From the NCBI GenBank assembly GCA_027623675.1, contig JAQBVF010000033.1, positions 1 through 36,763 on the forward strand: a stretch of DNA of 36,763 bases, given 5' to 3'. The stretch is from Chloroflexota bacterium (GTDB lineage Bacteria; Chloroflexota; Dehalococcoidia; Lucifugimonadales; UBA3495). Each line of letters starts with the position of its first letter. Position 1 is the first letter of the stretch. The translations under genes and the position numbers were made by a program. Below the pieces are notes generated by a model. It saw nothing but the letters and a program-made list of their open reading frames with translations. It made no database searches and was not told the origin of the DNA. Below, piece after piece: positions 1 to 8,379 of this stretch.

Positions 1-54
1 CGGCTTAAAGCCGGATGGGTCGAGGACTACCTCCTCAAGGTGCTACTTGGTTAA
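1..54 (+). CDS. 3' end of an upstream gene (partial, ...RLKAGWVEDYLLKVLLG*)
   Basis: Frame 1 is open from the window edge to TAA 52-54 with GC3-rich codons. Product not identifiable. Confidence 0.4.
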   Translation, partial: RLKAGWVEDYLLKVLLG

Positions 55-139
55 GACGCGATTGCCCTGCCGAAGACTCCGGTTGCCATTAGAATTGCCG
101 CAACTTGCCCCAGCCGACCCACGATTTAAGGTGATTGCT

Positions 140-1294
140 TTGAAATTTTCATTGGCCTACGAGATGCAACGGCCCATGCTGGACGACCACGCGGTCATCG
201 AGGAGACCATCGAACAGTGCGTATTCGCGGACGAGATGGGATTCGACGCGGTGTGGTTCGTGGAACACCATTTCCTGACCACCTTCTCGGGGTCACCCTG
301 CCCCGAGGTCATCTTCGGGGCGCTCAGCAGGCTGACCAAGAACATCCGCTTGGGGTTCGGCGTGTCGGTCCTGCCCTACCACCACCCCGTGCGCGTTGCC
401 GAGCGCGTGGCCATGGTGGACCAGTTGTCTCATGGCCGAGTTGAATTCGGCACCGGCCGCTCGGCACCCTACGAGCAGATCGGGATGGGCATCGACACCC
501 GCGACACCCGCGAGATGTGGGACGAGTCGCTGGGCATGATTCCCAAGATCTGGGAGGCGGACTATTTCGAGCACGAGGGCAGGTTCTGGAACGTGCCGCC
601 AAGGCAGGTGCTGCCCAAGCCCTACCAGAAGCCCCATCCGCCCATCTGGGTTGCGGCGCTGCAGCCGGCTACCTACGAGATTGCCGCCCAGAAGGGTATC
701 GGGGTCATGGCGCTGGGCGTGAACGCTCCGGCGGTCTTGGAGCCGGAGATCAAGAAGTACAAGGCATCGGTCAAAGACGCCAAGCCGGTTGGAGCATTCA
801 TCAACGACCAGTGGCTGAGCTCCGTTTTCGGCCTCTGCGGCGAGGACACAAAGGCCACCCGAGAGCTGTCGGCCCAATCGCTCAAGACCTTCTTCGGTCC
901 GGGCCGGCCCTACGTGCAAGACCAGAAAGATGTCTACGAGAAGCTGCTGGAGCAGTGGGGCGGCATCCCCGAGCATCTGGTCTCCAACTTCGCCCGCTAC
1001 ATCGACGTGGAGAAACAGCCTGCGGGAACCAACGGCAACTCGTCCATATCCTTCGACCTGTCGGGCGGGGCGCTGGCCCAGAAGATCTGGGAGCAGTTCG
1101 ACGCCGAGACCATGGCCGAGCGTGGCGTGATCGTCGCCGGAGACCCGGAAGCCTGCATCAAAGGCGCCAAGCTCCACGAGTCCACCGGCGTCGACGAGCT
1201 ACAATTCCTGATGGCCACCGAGACGGTGGGTCACGACGAAGTGATGAAGTCCATCGAGATGTTCGGCAAGCACGTCATTCCCGCGTTCCGGTAA
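140..1294 (+). CDS. LLM class flavin-dependent oxidoreductase (luciferase-like monooxygenase)
   Basis: Motifs ADEMGFDAVWFVEHH, HPVRVAERVAMVDQLSHGRVEFGTGRS, PKPYQKPHPPIWVAA. Start moved to TTG 140 (MKFSLAYE) behind AAGGTGA SD. Confidence 0.92.
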   Translation: MKFSLAYEMQRPMLDDHAVIEETIEQCVFADEMGFDAVWFVEHHFLTTFSGSPCPEVIFGALSRLTKNIRLGFGVSVLPYHHPVRVAERVAMVDQLSHGRVEFGTGRSAPYEQIGMGIDTRDTREMWDESLGMIPKIWEADYFEHEGRFWNVPPRQVLPKPYQKPHPPIWVAALQPATYEIAAQKGIGVMALGVNAPAVLEPEIKKYKASVKDAKPVGAFINDQWLSSVFGLCGEDTKATRELSAQSLKTFFGPGRPYVQDQKDVYEKLLEQWGGIPEHLVSNFARYIDVEKQPAGTNGNSSISFDLSGGALAQKIWEQFDAETMAERGVIVAGDPEACIKGAKLHESTGVDELQFLMATETVGHDEVMKSIEMFGKHVIPAFR

Positions 1295-1316
1295 GGGATT
1301 GGCTGGCCGAGAGCAA

Positions 1317-1346
1317 CGAGACCCCTCGCTCCACTCGGGGTGACAG
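1317..1346. repeat. Short palindromic REP-like element (GAGACCCCTCGCTCCACTCGGGGTGACAG)
   Basis: ACCCC/GGGGT arms. From memory it resembles the widespread GAGATTCTTCGCTxCGCTCAGAATGAC intergenic repeat with compensatory arm changes. Confidence 0.45.
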
Positions 1347-1347
1347 A

Positions 1348-1412
1348 CTGAGTGACAAGGCTGGGTGACAAGGCTGAGTGACAAGGCTGGGTGACATGGC
1401 TGGGCGACGAGG
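1348..1412. repeat. 13-bp tandem repeat x5 (CTGRGTGACAAGG)
   Basis: ctgagtgacaagg ctgggtgacaagg ctgagtgacaagg ctgggtgacatgg ctgggcgacgagg. Confidence 0.92.
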
Positions 1413-1439
1413 ACCCACCAGATGTCGAAGCTAACGTAA

Positions 1440-1471
1440 AGGCCCCGTCCTTAATCTGAAGGGCGGGGCCT
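1440..1471. terminator. Hairpin terminator between convergent LLM genes
   Basis: AGGCCCCGTCCTT-aatctg-AAGGGCGGGGCCT. A-run on the 5' side gives a U-tail on the minus strand. Confidence 0.7.
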
Positions 1472-1496
1472 ATCTGGGTCAAGTTGTACCGGCTCG

Positions 1497-2576
1497 CTAA
1501 CCCAGGTCGGCGATCCTGGGGCCGACATCGTTCTTGAGCAGTTCCAGGCATTCTTGCTGCCACTCGTGATTGTCGGGGTCCTGGGTAACGGTCAGCAGGG
1601 TGCCGAATCCGCCCACCTGACCGTAGATCTTGCGGATCTGGTCGGCGCACTGCTGGGGGTCGCCCACGATCCAGACGTTGTCCATCAGGTACTCAACATC
1701 CACGGCGTCGTCGGGCATGTCAGGATCGTTCTTGGAACCGGCCAACAAGCCGGCCTGGCGATTGGGCTGCTGGTGTATATGGTAGTTATTCACCAAGACT
1801 TCGTTGGCCCGCTCCTTGGCTTCCTGCGCCGTGGGCGCCACCAACACGTCACGGGCGATGTGCCACTGGCTTCGGTTGACCGAGCGTCCGACGCTGGCCG
1901 CCCCGGCTTCAAATTCCTCCCAGTGACCGGTCAGGTTGGGCACGGAGAGGGTAGGGCTGCTCATGGGGATCCAGCCTTTGACCCCGGCGTTCCTGATGGA
2001 GTCGGACCGGATGGTGGTGGCGGCGGCGCTGATCGGCGGATGGGGCTTCTGGAAGGGCTTCATGTGCAGGCCCCGTTCCTTCACCGAGTCCAACTCCGGC
2101 GCCGAGATGTCGAAATACTTGCCGTGGTGCTCGAATTTACCCTCGTTCTGCCAGATCTTCAGAACTACTTCCAAGACTTCCTGGGAACGCTCGCCCACGC
2201 CCTTCCGGTCGCTGGAGTCCAGACCGTATAACTCCAGGTCGGTGGGGATGGCGCGGGTGCCGATGCCCCAGTAGAACCGGCCGCGGCACAGATGGTCCAG
2301 CATGGCCAAGCGGTGGGCCAGGTCAACCGGGTTGTGGATGGCCAGCAGGGTGACGCCGGTGCCGAAGATTATGTTCTCGGTCATGCCGGACGCTTTAGCG
2401 ATGAGCAGGTCTGGCGCGGGGGCGTTCTCCCAGCGCTCGGTGATATGTTCGCCGATCCAGGCTTCGGTGTAGCCAAGTTGGTCGGCCTTCTTGATCAGTT
2501 CCAGGTCACGGTCATAAGAGTCGGCGTAGGTGCGGCGCGGCGGATGCAGCGGCATCATGAATAGACCGAATTCCAT
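1497..2576 (-). CDS. LLM class flavin-dependent oxidoreductase
   Basis: MEFGLFMMPLHPP, ADQLGYTEAWIGEH, LAMLDHLCRGRFYWGIG, KPFQKPHPPI. ATG 2576 with GAAGGAG SD. Confidence 0.93.
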   Translation of the reverse strand: MEFGLFMMPLHPPRRTYADSYDRDLELIKKADQLGYTEAWIGEHITERWENAPAPDLLIAKASGMTENIIFGTGVTLLAIHNPVDLAHRLAMLDHLCRGRFYWGIGTRAIPTDLELYGLDSSDRKGVGERSQEVLEVVLKIWQNEGKFEHHGKYFDISAPELDSVKERGLHMKPFQKPHPPISAAATTIRSDSIRNAGVKGWIPMSSPTLSVPNLTGHWEEFEAGAASVGRSVNRSQWHIARDVLVAPTAQEAKERANEVLVNNYHIHQQPNRQAGLLAGSKNDPDMPDDAVDVEYLMDNVWIVGDPQQCADQIRKIYGQVGGFGTLLTVTQDPDNHEWQQECLELLKNDVGPRIADLG

Positions 2577-2713
2577 GGTGGCTCCTTCAGGTGGGCCGCT
2601 CGCGCAGGTAACGGGGCCGCGGCCAGATGGTTTCAAGATTAGGCTGATACTAAGTCAGCCCTCAAACACTGTCAAGGTAAATAACCAAGCCGCATAACTA
2701 TTGCGGTCACAGA

Positions 2714-2749
2714 TATTAGACCTGCTATTAGACCGACAGCAGACCCTGC
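2714..2749. repeat. Degenerate 12-bp direct repeats (TATTAGACC...) in the divergent promoter region
   Basis: tattagacctgc tattagaccgac agcagaccctgc, plus another TTAGACC at 2755-2761. Confidence 0.55.
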
Positions 2750-2755
2750 CGGCGT

Positions 2756-2784
2756 TAGACCGCGTTCCGGGGTCATGGTAAACT
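2756..2784 (+). promoter_or_regulatory. Putative sigma70 promoter of the candidate selenoprotein gene
   Basis: TAGACC (2756-2761), 17-nt spacer, TAAACT (2779-2784), with extended -10 TG at 2776-2777. Confidence 0.5.
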
Positions 2785-2829
2785 CGGCGAACACTTCCGA
2801 TAATCATTATGGGGGAGAGTAGAACTTCT

Positions 2830-3750
2830 ATGAAGAAAGTAGTAAGCGAAACCAGCGGCGCAGTTTTCAGCCTTCCTTGGCTGGTCGCCAAAGACGAGGG
2901 CTTTTTCATCGAAGAGGGCATCAACATGGAGTTCGTGGAGTCCAACTCGGTGAAGGTGGACCAGCACACCTCCGATCCGGAAGAGGTTGATCCGATCCTG
3001 GGTCACAAGCCCTTCGAGGACCAGCAGGTGGCCATCTACCGCGCTTGAGAAGAGGGTCAGGTCCGTCGGGCCTACGAGAGCAAACAGGGAGCCAAAGTCA
3101 TCGGACTGCGCTCCGCGGTGGCCAATCAAGCGTTGATGGTCAGGGGCGATTCCGCCCATTACTACCCCAGTTCATTGGCCAACAAACCCATCGCCGTGCA
3201 GTTTCACGCCGGGTCTCACTACACCACTCTGCGGCTGATCGAGGGGTACATCCCCGCCGAGAAGATCAACCTGCTGCACTACGGTAGCCCCCGCTACCGG
3301 TTCGAGGCCCTGATGAGCGGCGAGGTGGACGCCGCCATGCTCATGGAACCGTGGCTAACCCTGGCCGAGAAGAATGGCTGCCGGTCGGTCTGCGAAGGCC
3401 ACTACCTGGGCGCCGAGAACGCCAGCGACAACATGGACGAAGAGACATTCGCCGCCATCAACCGGGCCGTGGTCAAAGCGGTGGACCTGATCAACTCCGA
3501 CAAGAAGCGGTTTCTGCACTACCTGATCGATTCACCCAAATTCGCTCCGGTCGCCGCCGAGTGGGGCGGTCTGACACCCGACGACTTTCATCTGCCGCGC
3601 CTGCGCTACGCCCACCCCATGCCCTACACCGACGAACAGGTGGAGGACACCTACAACTGGATGGTCCGGTGGGGACTGCTGAACGCGTCGGTATGCGCCA
3701 CCGACTTCGTGGACAACCGGGCAACGGAGCCTGCCGCAGCCGACGATTAG
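2830..3750 (+). CDS. SsuA/NMT1-THI5-like substrate-binding-fold protein, candidate selenoprotein (in-frame TGA 3046-3048), no signal peptide
   Basis: ATG 2830 with GGGGAG SD. One frame to TAG 3750 apart from TGA (...VAIYRA-U-EEGQVRR...). Family motifs LPWLVAKDEGFFIEEGINMEFV and ALMSGEVDAAMLMEPWLTLAEKNG. SECIS-like hairpin after the TGA. Confidence 0.8.
3056..3075 (+). promoter_or_regulatory. Putative bacterial SECIS element
   Basis: GU-C(bulge)-AGGUCC-[GUC]-GGGCCU-AC hairpin. The loop starts with G and lies 16 nt after the UGA. Confidence 0.6.
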
Positions 3751-3754
3751 TCGG

Positions 3755-3804
3755 AACCATTCCGTTCAAACCATTCCGTTCAAACCATTCCGTTCAAACC
3801 ATTC
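3755..3804. repeat. 14-bp tandem repeat x3.5 (AACCATTCCGTTCA)
   Basis: Three perfect copies plus a partial copy right after the stop codon. Confidence 0.93.
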
Positions 3805-3809
3805 TTTGG

Positions 3810-3860
3810 AAACCCTCAGGGCAAGCTCTTAAGGCAAACCCTTAAGGCAACTCTTCATGG
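3810..3860. repeat. Degenerate 13-bp tandem repeat x4
   Basis: aaaccctcagggc aagctcttaaggc aaacccttaaggc aactcttcatgg. Confidence 0.65.
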
Positions 3861-3892
3861 ACCGGCCTCGATCATGATCGAGGCCGGTTTTT
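3861..3892 (+). terminator. Intrinsic terminator
   Basis: Perfect 28-bp palindrome ACCGGCCTCGATCATGATCGAGGCCGGT followed by a T-run. Confidence 0.85.
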
Positions 3893-3958
3893 CATCTGGT
3901 CCTCTAGGATAACCGGATGACGTACAATTGTGGTGACTGGTTCTAAGGAGCTTAAATC

Positions 3959-4804
3959 ATGCCTTTCGGATTGGGACGGCGCTCGGGCGTTGCGGTGGTC
4001 GAGATTCATGGAGCCATCGGGAATCAGGTTAAGATTTCGGCTTATTCGCGGATATTCGACGCCGTGGCGCAAGACAAGCGGCACAGCGCATTGTTGTTGG
4101 ACATCGATTCCCCGGGTGGGTCCGCCAGCGGCTCCGAGGTGTTGCACCGCAGCATCCAAAGGGTGGCCGAGAACAAGCCCGTCTACGCCTACGTGCGGGG
4201 CCTGGGGGCGTCGGGCGGCTACTATCTGGCCTGCGCCGCCACCAAGATCTACGCCCTGCCAACCGCCATGGTCGGCTCCATCGGCGTGATCTACTTTCGT
4301 CCGGCGCTCGAGCAACTGCTATCTAAGATCGGCGTGGAATTCTCGGTGTACAAGAGCGGCGAGTTCAAAGACATGACCGGCTTCTGGCGCGGTCCGACCG
4401 ACCGGGAATCTGAGAAGTTCCAGGAGCTGATCAACGAGGTCTTCGACAACTTCGTAGCCGTGGTGGCCCAGGGCCGGTCGCTTGAAGAAGCCAAGGTCCG
4501 GGAGATCGCCACCGGCGAGTTGATGACCGCCCAGCGGGGCATCGGCCTGGGGATGGTGGACCAGATCGGCGACTTCAAAGACACCCTGGACGCCGTGGCC
4601 GAAGCCGGGGGCTGCAAGCCCCTCGCCCGGTTCCTACGGCCCGGACGCAGCCTGTCACAGCGGGTGTTTGGCCGGTCCAACATGGCCCGATCGGGAGGCC
4701 TCGAACTTATCAACAGCCTACAAAGACTGATGGCCGGGGGCATCTATTACCTTGAACCAGGGCACCTAACCGGGGGAGAGTACGGTCTGAACGGTTCGGA
4801 ATAG
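3959..4804 (+). CDS. sppA: Signal peptide peptidase SppA (S49 family, short form)
   Basis: DSPGGS, ASGGYYLA, GSIGVI, YKSGEFKD motifs. AAGGAG SD. Confidence 0.92.
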   Translation: MPFGLGRRSGVAVVEIHGAIGNQVKISAYSRIFDAVAQDKRHSALLLDIDSPGGSASGSEVLHRSIQRVAENKPVYAYVRGLGASGGYYLACAATKIYALPTAMVGSIGVIYFRPALEQLLSKIGVEFSVYKSGEFKDMTGFWRGPTDRESEKFQELINEVFDNFVAVVAQGRSLEEAKVREIATGELMTAQRGIGLGMVDQIGDFKDTLDAVAEAGGCKPLARFLRPGRSLSQRVFGRSNMARSGGLELINSLQRLMAGGIYYLEPGHLTGGEYGLNGSE

Positions 4805-4985
4805 ACCGGACAGACCGTATCGGCCGGAGAAAGAGGGTCATCGACGGCACGTTCGACGACCGGAGTGGCTCCGGTGGTTCTTGTGGCTATCCCCAGCCGG
4901 GGTCTTGAACCTCCACCGATTCCATTAAATGGCCCGCAGGATCGCTGGGCCGCCCGCGCTGGCAGCGCGGGTTTGGAGAGAGGGT

Positions 4986-6176
4986 ATGTTGGGTCGAAAA
5001 CGGGCCATCATCTCGGGATTATTGCTGCTGGCCGTGGCCTTGACTGCCTGCGGGGGCAGTGACGGACCGGTTTCACCCGCTGGGGCCGAACCCGGATACA
5101 CTACAATCTCACTCTTCGAAGAACTGCTGTTCGCGGTCCCCGATACCCCGGACACCCGCAAGTTTGTCATGATCAACGACTATGCGGCGGCCCGAGAGAT
5201 ACTCGGAGTTCCGGAAACCGGCCCCGATGCCGAACTACCGGCTCTCATGCAACACATAATCGATAGCGTGGGACAGGATTCCGCAAATAACACGGTGTAT
5301 ATGGCCCCAGGCACTCTCATCTCAGGCATGGGACAGGGCATGTGGGACCGTCCTTTGAGGCCGTATCTCGCTTTCGACGTTAGGAACGTTGACCAAAGCG
5401 TGGAAGCCGGCGCCGTCCCATTCGTCTTGGAGCTGTTGCGAGGACGGTTCGACCCAGAGGCAACCGCCCAGGCGTTGGCAGCCTGCTCCGAATGCCCGCC
5501 GCCCGACATGAAGACCCACAACGGCGTCTCATTTTACTCTTGGGGAGAGGACGGTCAGGGTAGTCTGCAGGGGCGCTACGGCCCGCCGGCTTTCGATCAC
5601 CTGGGACGGGGCGGCCGGATCGCGGTTTCCAGCGATTACGTCTACCGGACCGTGGAGACTCCGGGGATGCAGGCGTTGATAGATGCCAACATTGGCCTCG
5701 CGCCGACGCTGGCAGAGGTGGAAGAGATACGTCTTTTGAGCCGGGCCATGTCCGGCCTCGGGGCCTATTCCGCCTTCCTCAGCCACGAGACCCACCGAAT
5801 CAGCAGGACCCCGAACGACACATCCACCTTCGGCCCTTTGCCGGGAACCCACGACAAGCTGATCGCCGAGATCGGGAGATCGACACTGTTGCTGCCCTAC
5901 CTGTCGTTCGCCACTGGCGCCGGCAAAGACGAGACCGGACCATACATGGCGTTGGCGCTGGTGCACGGCGATGCGGGATCGGCGGAAGAGAATGCCCGGC
6001 GGCTGGAGCGGCGCATCGCCGAAAACGAGGAGCTTCAGCCCTGGATGGAAGGTCTAGAAGGGGTTGAGATCAAGGTGGAAGGACGTTTGCTGTCCGCGAA
6101 GCTGCGTGGGGACCGTCCGGCTTCAGGTTGGAGATCGCTGGTCTTCTTCATCACCCCGCTGATCCCCCACGAGTAG
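4986..6176 (+). CDS. Hypothetical lipoprotein
   Basis: MLGRKRAIISGLLLLAVALTAC: basic N-terminus, hydrophobic core, lipobox LTA-C. GGAGAGAGG SD before ATG 4986. Confidence 0.8.
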   Translation: MLGRKRAIISGLLLLAVALTACGGSDGPVSPAGAEPGYTTISLFEELLFAVPDTPDTRKFVMINDYAAAREILGVPETGPDAELPALMQHIIDSVGQDSANNTVYMAPGTLISGMGQGMWDRPLRPYLAFDVRNVDQSVEAGAVPFVLELLRGRFDPEATAQALAACSECPPPDMKTHNGVSFYSWGEDGQGSLQGRYGPPAFDHLGRGGRIAVSSDYVYRTVETPGMQALIDANIGLAPTLAEVEEIRLLSRAMSGLGAYSAFLSHETHRISRTPNDTSTFGPLPGTHDKLIAEIGRSTLLLPYLSFATGAGKDETGPYMALALVHGDAGSAEENARRLERRIAENEELQPWMEGLEGVEIKVEGRLLSAKLRGDRPASGWRSLVFFITPLIPHE

Positions 6177-6182
6177 ACCCGG

Positions 6183-7007
6183 CTAGCCGACCAGCCGCTT
6201 GGACTGCTGCCAGAGTTCTTCTTTCTGGGCCAGGGAGATGGCGGCGAAGTCCAGGCCACCGTCGGCGGCCAGTTCTTCCATCTTGACGTAGCGGCGTCCG
6301 AAACGCTGGTTGGCCTGGCGCAAGACATCTTCGGCGTGGGCGCCGGCCCACCTGGTCAGGTTGACCATGGAGAATAGCAGGTCGCCCAGTTCGTGGACCT
6401 TTTCCTCTGATGTGGACGCCGATTTGAACTCGGCCACTTCCTCCACTATCTTGTCCAGCACGCCCGAGATGTCGTCCCACTCGAAACCCGCTTTGCCCAC
6501 CCGCTCCTGCATCAGCTGGGCGTAGGCCAGGGCTGGCAAACCGCTGGGAATGCCTTCAACGGGAGACTTGCGTTCCCCCTTGGCCTCTCGCTCCTCGGCT
6601 TTGATCTTCTCCCAGTTTCGCTCAACCTCTCGGGCGTCTTCCGCGTGCCCGTCCGCGAAAACGTGGGGGTGACGGCGCACCAGTTTGCTGTTGATCTTCC
6701 GCAGCACGTCCTCAAGCTGGAAGTCGCCAGCCTCTTTGGCGATGTCGGCGTGGAAAGCCACCTGCACCAATAGGTCGCCCAATTCCTCGGATAGGACCGC
6801 CGGGTTCCCGCTGTCGATGGCCTCGATAACCTCGTAGGATTCTTCCAGCAGGTTGCGCTTCAGCGAACTGTGGGTCTGCTCCCGGTCCCAGGGGCAGCCA
6901 CCGGGCGCGCGCAACAGCGCCACGATGTCCAGCAACGTCTGGAAAGTGCCCATTTCTTGATTGGAATAAGGCGGGCGGTTATTGGGGGCGCGGTCATCTG
7001 GCGGCAT
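6183..7007 (-). CDS. mazG: Nucleoside triphosphate pyrophosphohydrolase MazG
   Basis: LRAPGGCPWDREQTH, EELGDLL, KLVRRHPHVF and a second MazG domain (HELGDLLF). Start could instead be ATG 6953. Confidence 0.95.
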   Translation of the reverse strand: MPPDDRAPNNRPPYSNQEMGTFQTLLDIVALLRAPGGCPWDREQTHSSLKRNLLEESYEVIEAIDSGNPAVLSEELGDLLVQVAFHADIAKEAGDFQLEDVLRKINSKLVRRHPHVFADGHAEDAREVERNWEKIKAEEREAKGERKSPVEGIPSGLPALAYAQLMQERVGKAGFEWDDISGVLDKIVEEVAEFKSASTSEEKVHELGDLLFSMVNLTRWAGAHAEDVLRQANQRFGRRYVKMEELAADGGLDFAAISLAQKEELWQQSKRLVG

Positions 7008-7152
7008 GGGCGGATTATAGTTTGACTGCCGGTTGCTTCACAAGCTGGCCGGTGCTAAGTTAGATTGGCTAGATCGCCGGAACGGTGTTTGTCGATGTGC
7101 TGCGAATCAGGTTGGCCTCCGGCATAGATCAGGCTGACAAAACGGAGAATAC

Positions 7153-7878
7153 ATGGGCCGCCTAGCCTGGGCGCTATTCATAATCGCCGTGCCGATGTTT
7201 CTGGTCACCGGCAGCGTCACCTGGGCGTTCAATAGTCCCGGCCTGTACAACAACGGGTTCGAGAAGTATTCCATCTCCCGGGTCTCCGGCATCACCGACC
7301 CCGATCTGCGTCAGGTTGGCGCCGATTTACGCAGCTTCTTCAACAGCCGGGACAACGAACCGCTCAGCGTCCAAACCAGGATATTCGGACGGGAACAAGA
7401 GCTGTTCAATGACCGGGAAGTGGCCCACATGAAGGACGTTCGGCAGTTGGTGCGGGGTGTCTATGTGCTGCTTTTGGTCTCGGGAGCGTACCTGGCCGCG
7501 ATGATTGCGGCCGGGTTCATCAGGCAACGCCGGCGGTTCGTGGAGCCACTGGCCAGGCAGGCGCTCCGGGGCGGGGGGCTGACCCTGGTGCTGCTGTTGG
7601 CCTTTGGGGTCGTGGCCTTGACCGGCTTCGACAGCGCCTTTTTGCTATTCCATAAATTGAGTTTCGCCAACAACTTCTGGCAATTGGACCCGCGGACGGA
7701 CTACCTGGTGCTCATCTTCCCCCAGGACTTCTGGTTCGACACCACCTTGTGGGTGGCGGTCAGGGCCATCGGCGGGGCTTTGGCATTGACGGTGTCGGGG
7801 AGCGCCTATCTGGTCTACAGGCGTTACGATGGATGGCAGAACGCTTTGAATAGCCTGAAAGGGGCCGGTGGGGCCTGA
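7153..7878 (+). CDS. TIGR01906/DUF1461 family membrane protein
   Basis: FNDREVAHMKDVR and FDSAFLLFHKLSFANNFWQLDPRTDYLVLIFPQDFW motifs, with TM segments. Confidence 0.85.
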   Translation: MGRLAWALFIIAVPMFLVTGSVTWAFNSPGLYNNGFEKYSISRVSGITDPDLRQVGADLRSFFNSRDNEPLSVQTRIFGREQELFNDREVAHMKDVRQLVRGVYVLLLVSGAYLAAMIAAGFIRQRRRFVEPLARQALRGGGLTLVLLLAFGVVALTGFDSAFLLFHKLSFANNFWQLDPRTDYLVLIFPQDFWFDTTLWVAVRAIGGALALTVSGSAYLVYRRYDGWQNALNSLKGAGGA

Positions 7879-7955
7879 TTCATCGAATCTGAATCGGGAC
7901 CGGTCAGGCTTCTATCCGTTAGAAAACGCAGGTAGAGGCCACGGAAAACAAATAT

Positions 7956-7978
7956 AGGGGCAAGTTGTACTTGCCCCT
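7956..7978. terminator. Hairpin terminator between convergent genes
   Basis: AGGGGCAAGT-tgt-ACTTGCCCCT with A/T-rich flanks. Confidence 0.65.
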
Positions 7979-8020
7979 GTTTCATGCGAGTTATGATTGC
8001 CGGCGGCCTTTGGTAGTTTG

Positions 8021-8254
8021 CTAGCCGCAGGCACATCCTCCGCCGCAGCAGCCGCCCCCGCCCAACGGAGGCAGCGGGCCGCCCATGGAACCGGGCATCT
8101 CGCTGCTGCCACCCTTGGTTACGGCCGCGAAAACCGAGATGGCCCGCTTGGCGGGCTGTTCGCAGTTGGGGCAATCGGCGCCGGTGGCGCTCATGGATTG
8201 GAGTTTCTCGAACTTGTGGTCACAGGTGGGACAGAGATATTCGTATAGAGGCAT
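8021..8254 (-). CDS. FmdB-family zinc-ribbon protein
   Basis: MPLYEYLCPTCDHKFE...CPNC and a Gly/Cys-rich tail GCCGGGCACG. GGAGAAGG SD. Confidence 0.9.
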   Translation of the reverse strand: MPLYEYLCPTCDHKFEKLQSMSATGADCPNCEQPAKRAISVFAAVTKGGSSEMPGSMGGPLPPLGGGGCCGGGCACG

Positions 8255-8379
8255 GTTGGCCTTCTCCCAATGGTCTGTCTTAGCGCCGGTTATCGCCGGC
8301 AGATTCCCTGCACCGTCTATCACGGTAGGACTTAATCTGAATTTAACCGAACCAAATATCAAGCGTCAAGAGCGCCGCC

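Noticed and set aside
1348..1412. Tandem repeats here and at 3755, 3810 and 31910 as CRISPR arrays
   Set aside because: Units are 13-14 bp and contiguous, with no spacers and no cas genes.
3046..3048. Genome-wide reassignment of TGA to Trp or Gly
   Set aside because: TGA ends well-defined genes here (7878, der 25283, crotonase 30772) and Trp is encoded by TGG throughout.
8021..8060. Cys-rich tail of the FmdB protein as a RiPP precursor
   Set aside because: Such tails are common in this family and no modifying enzymes are adjacent.
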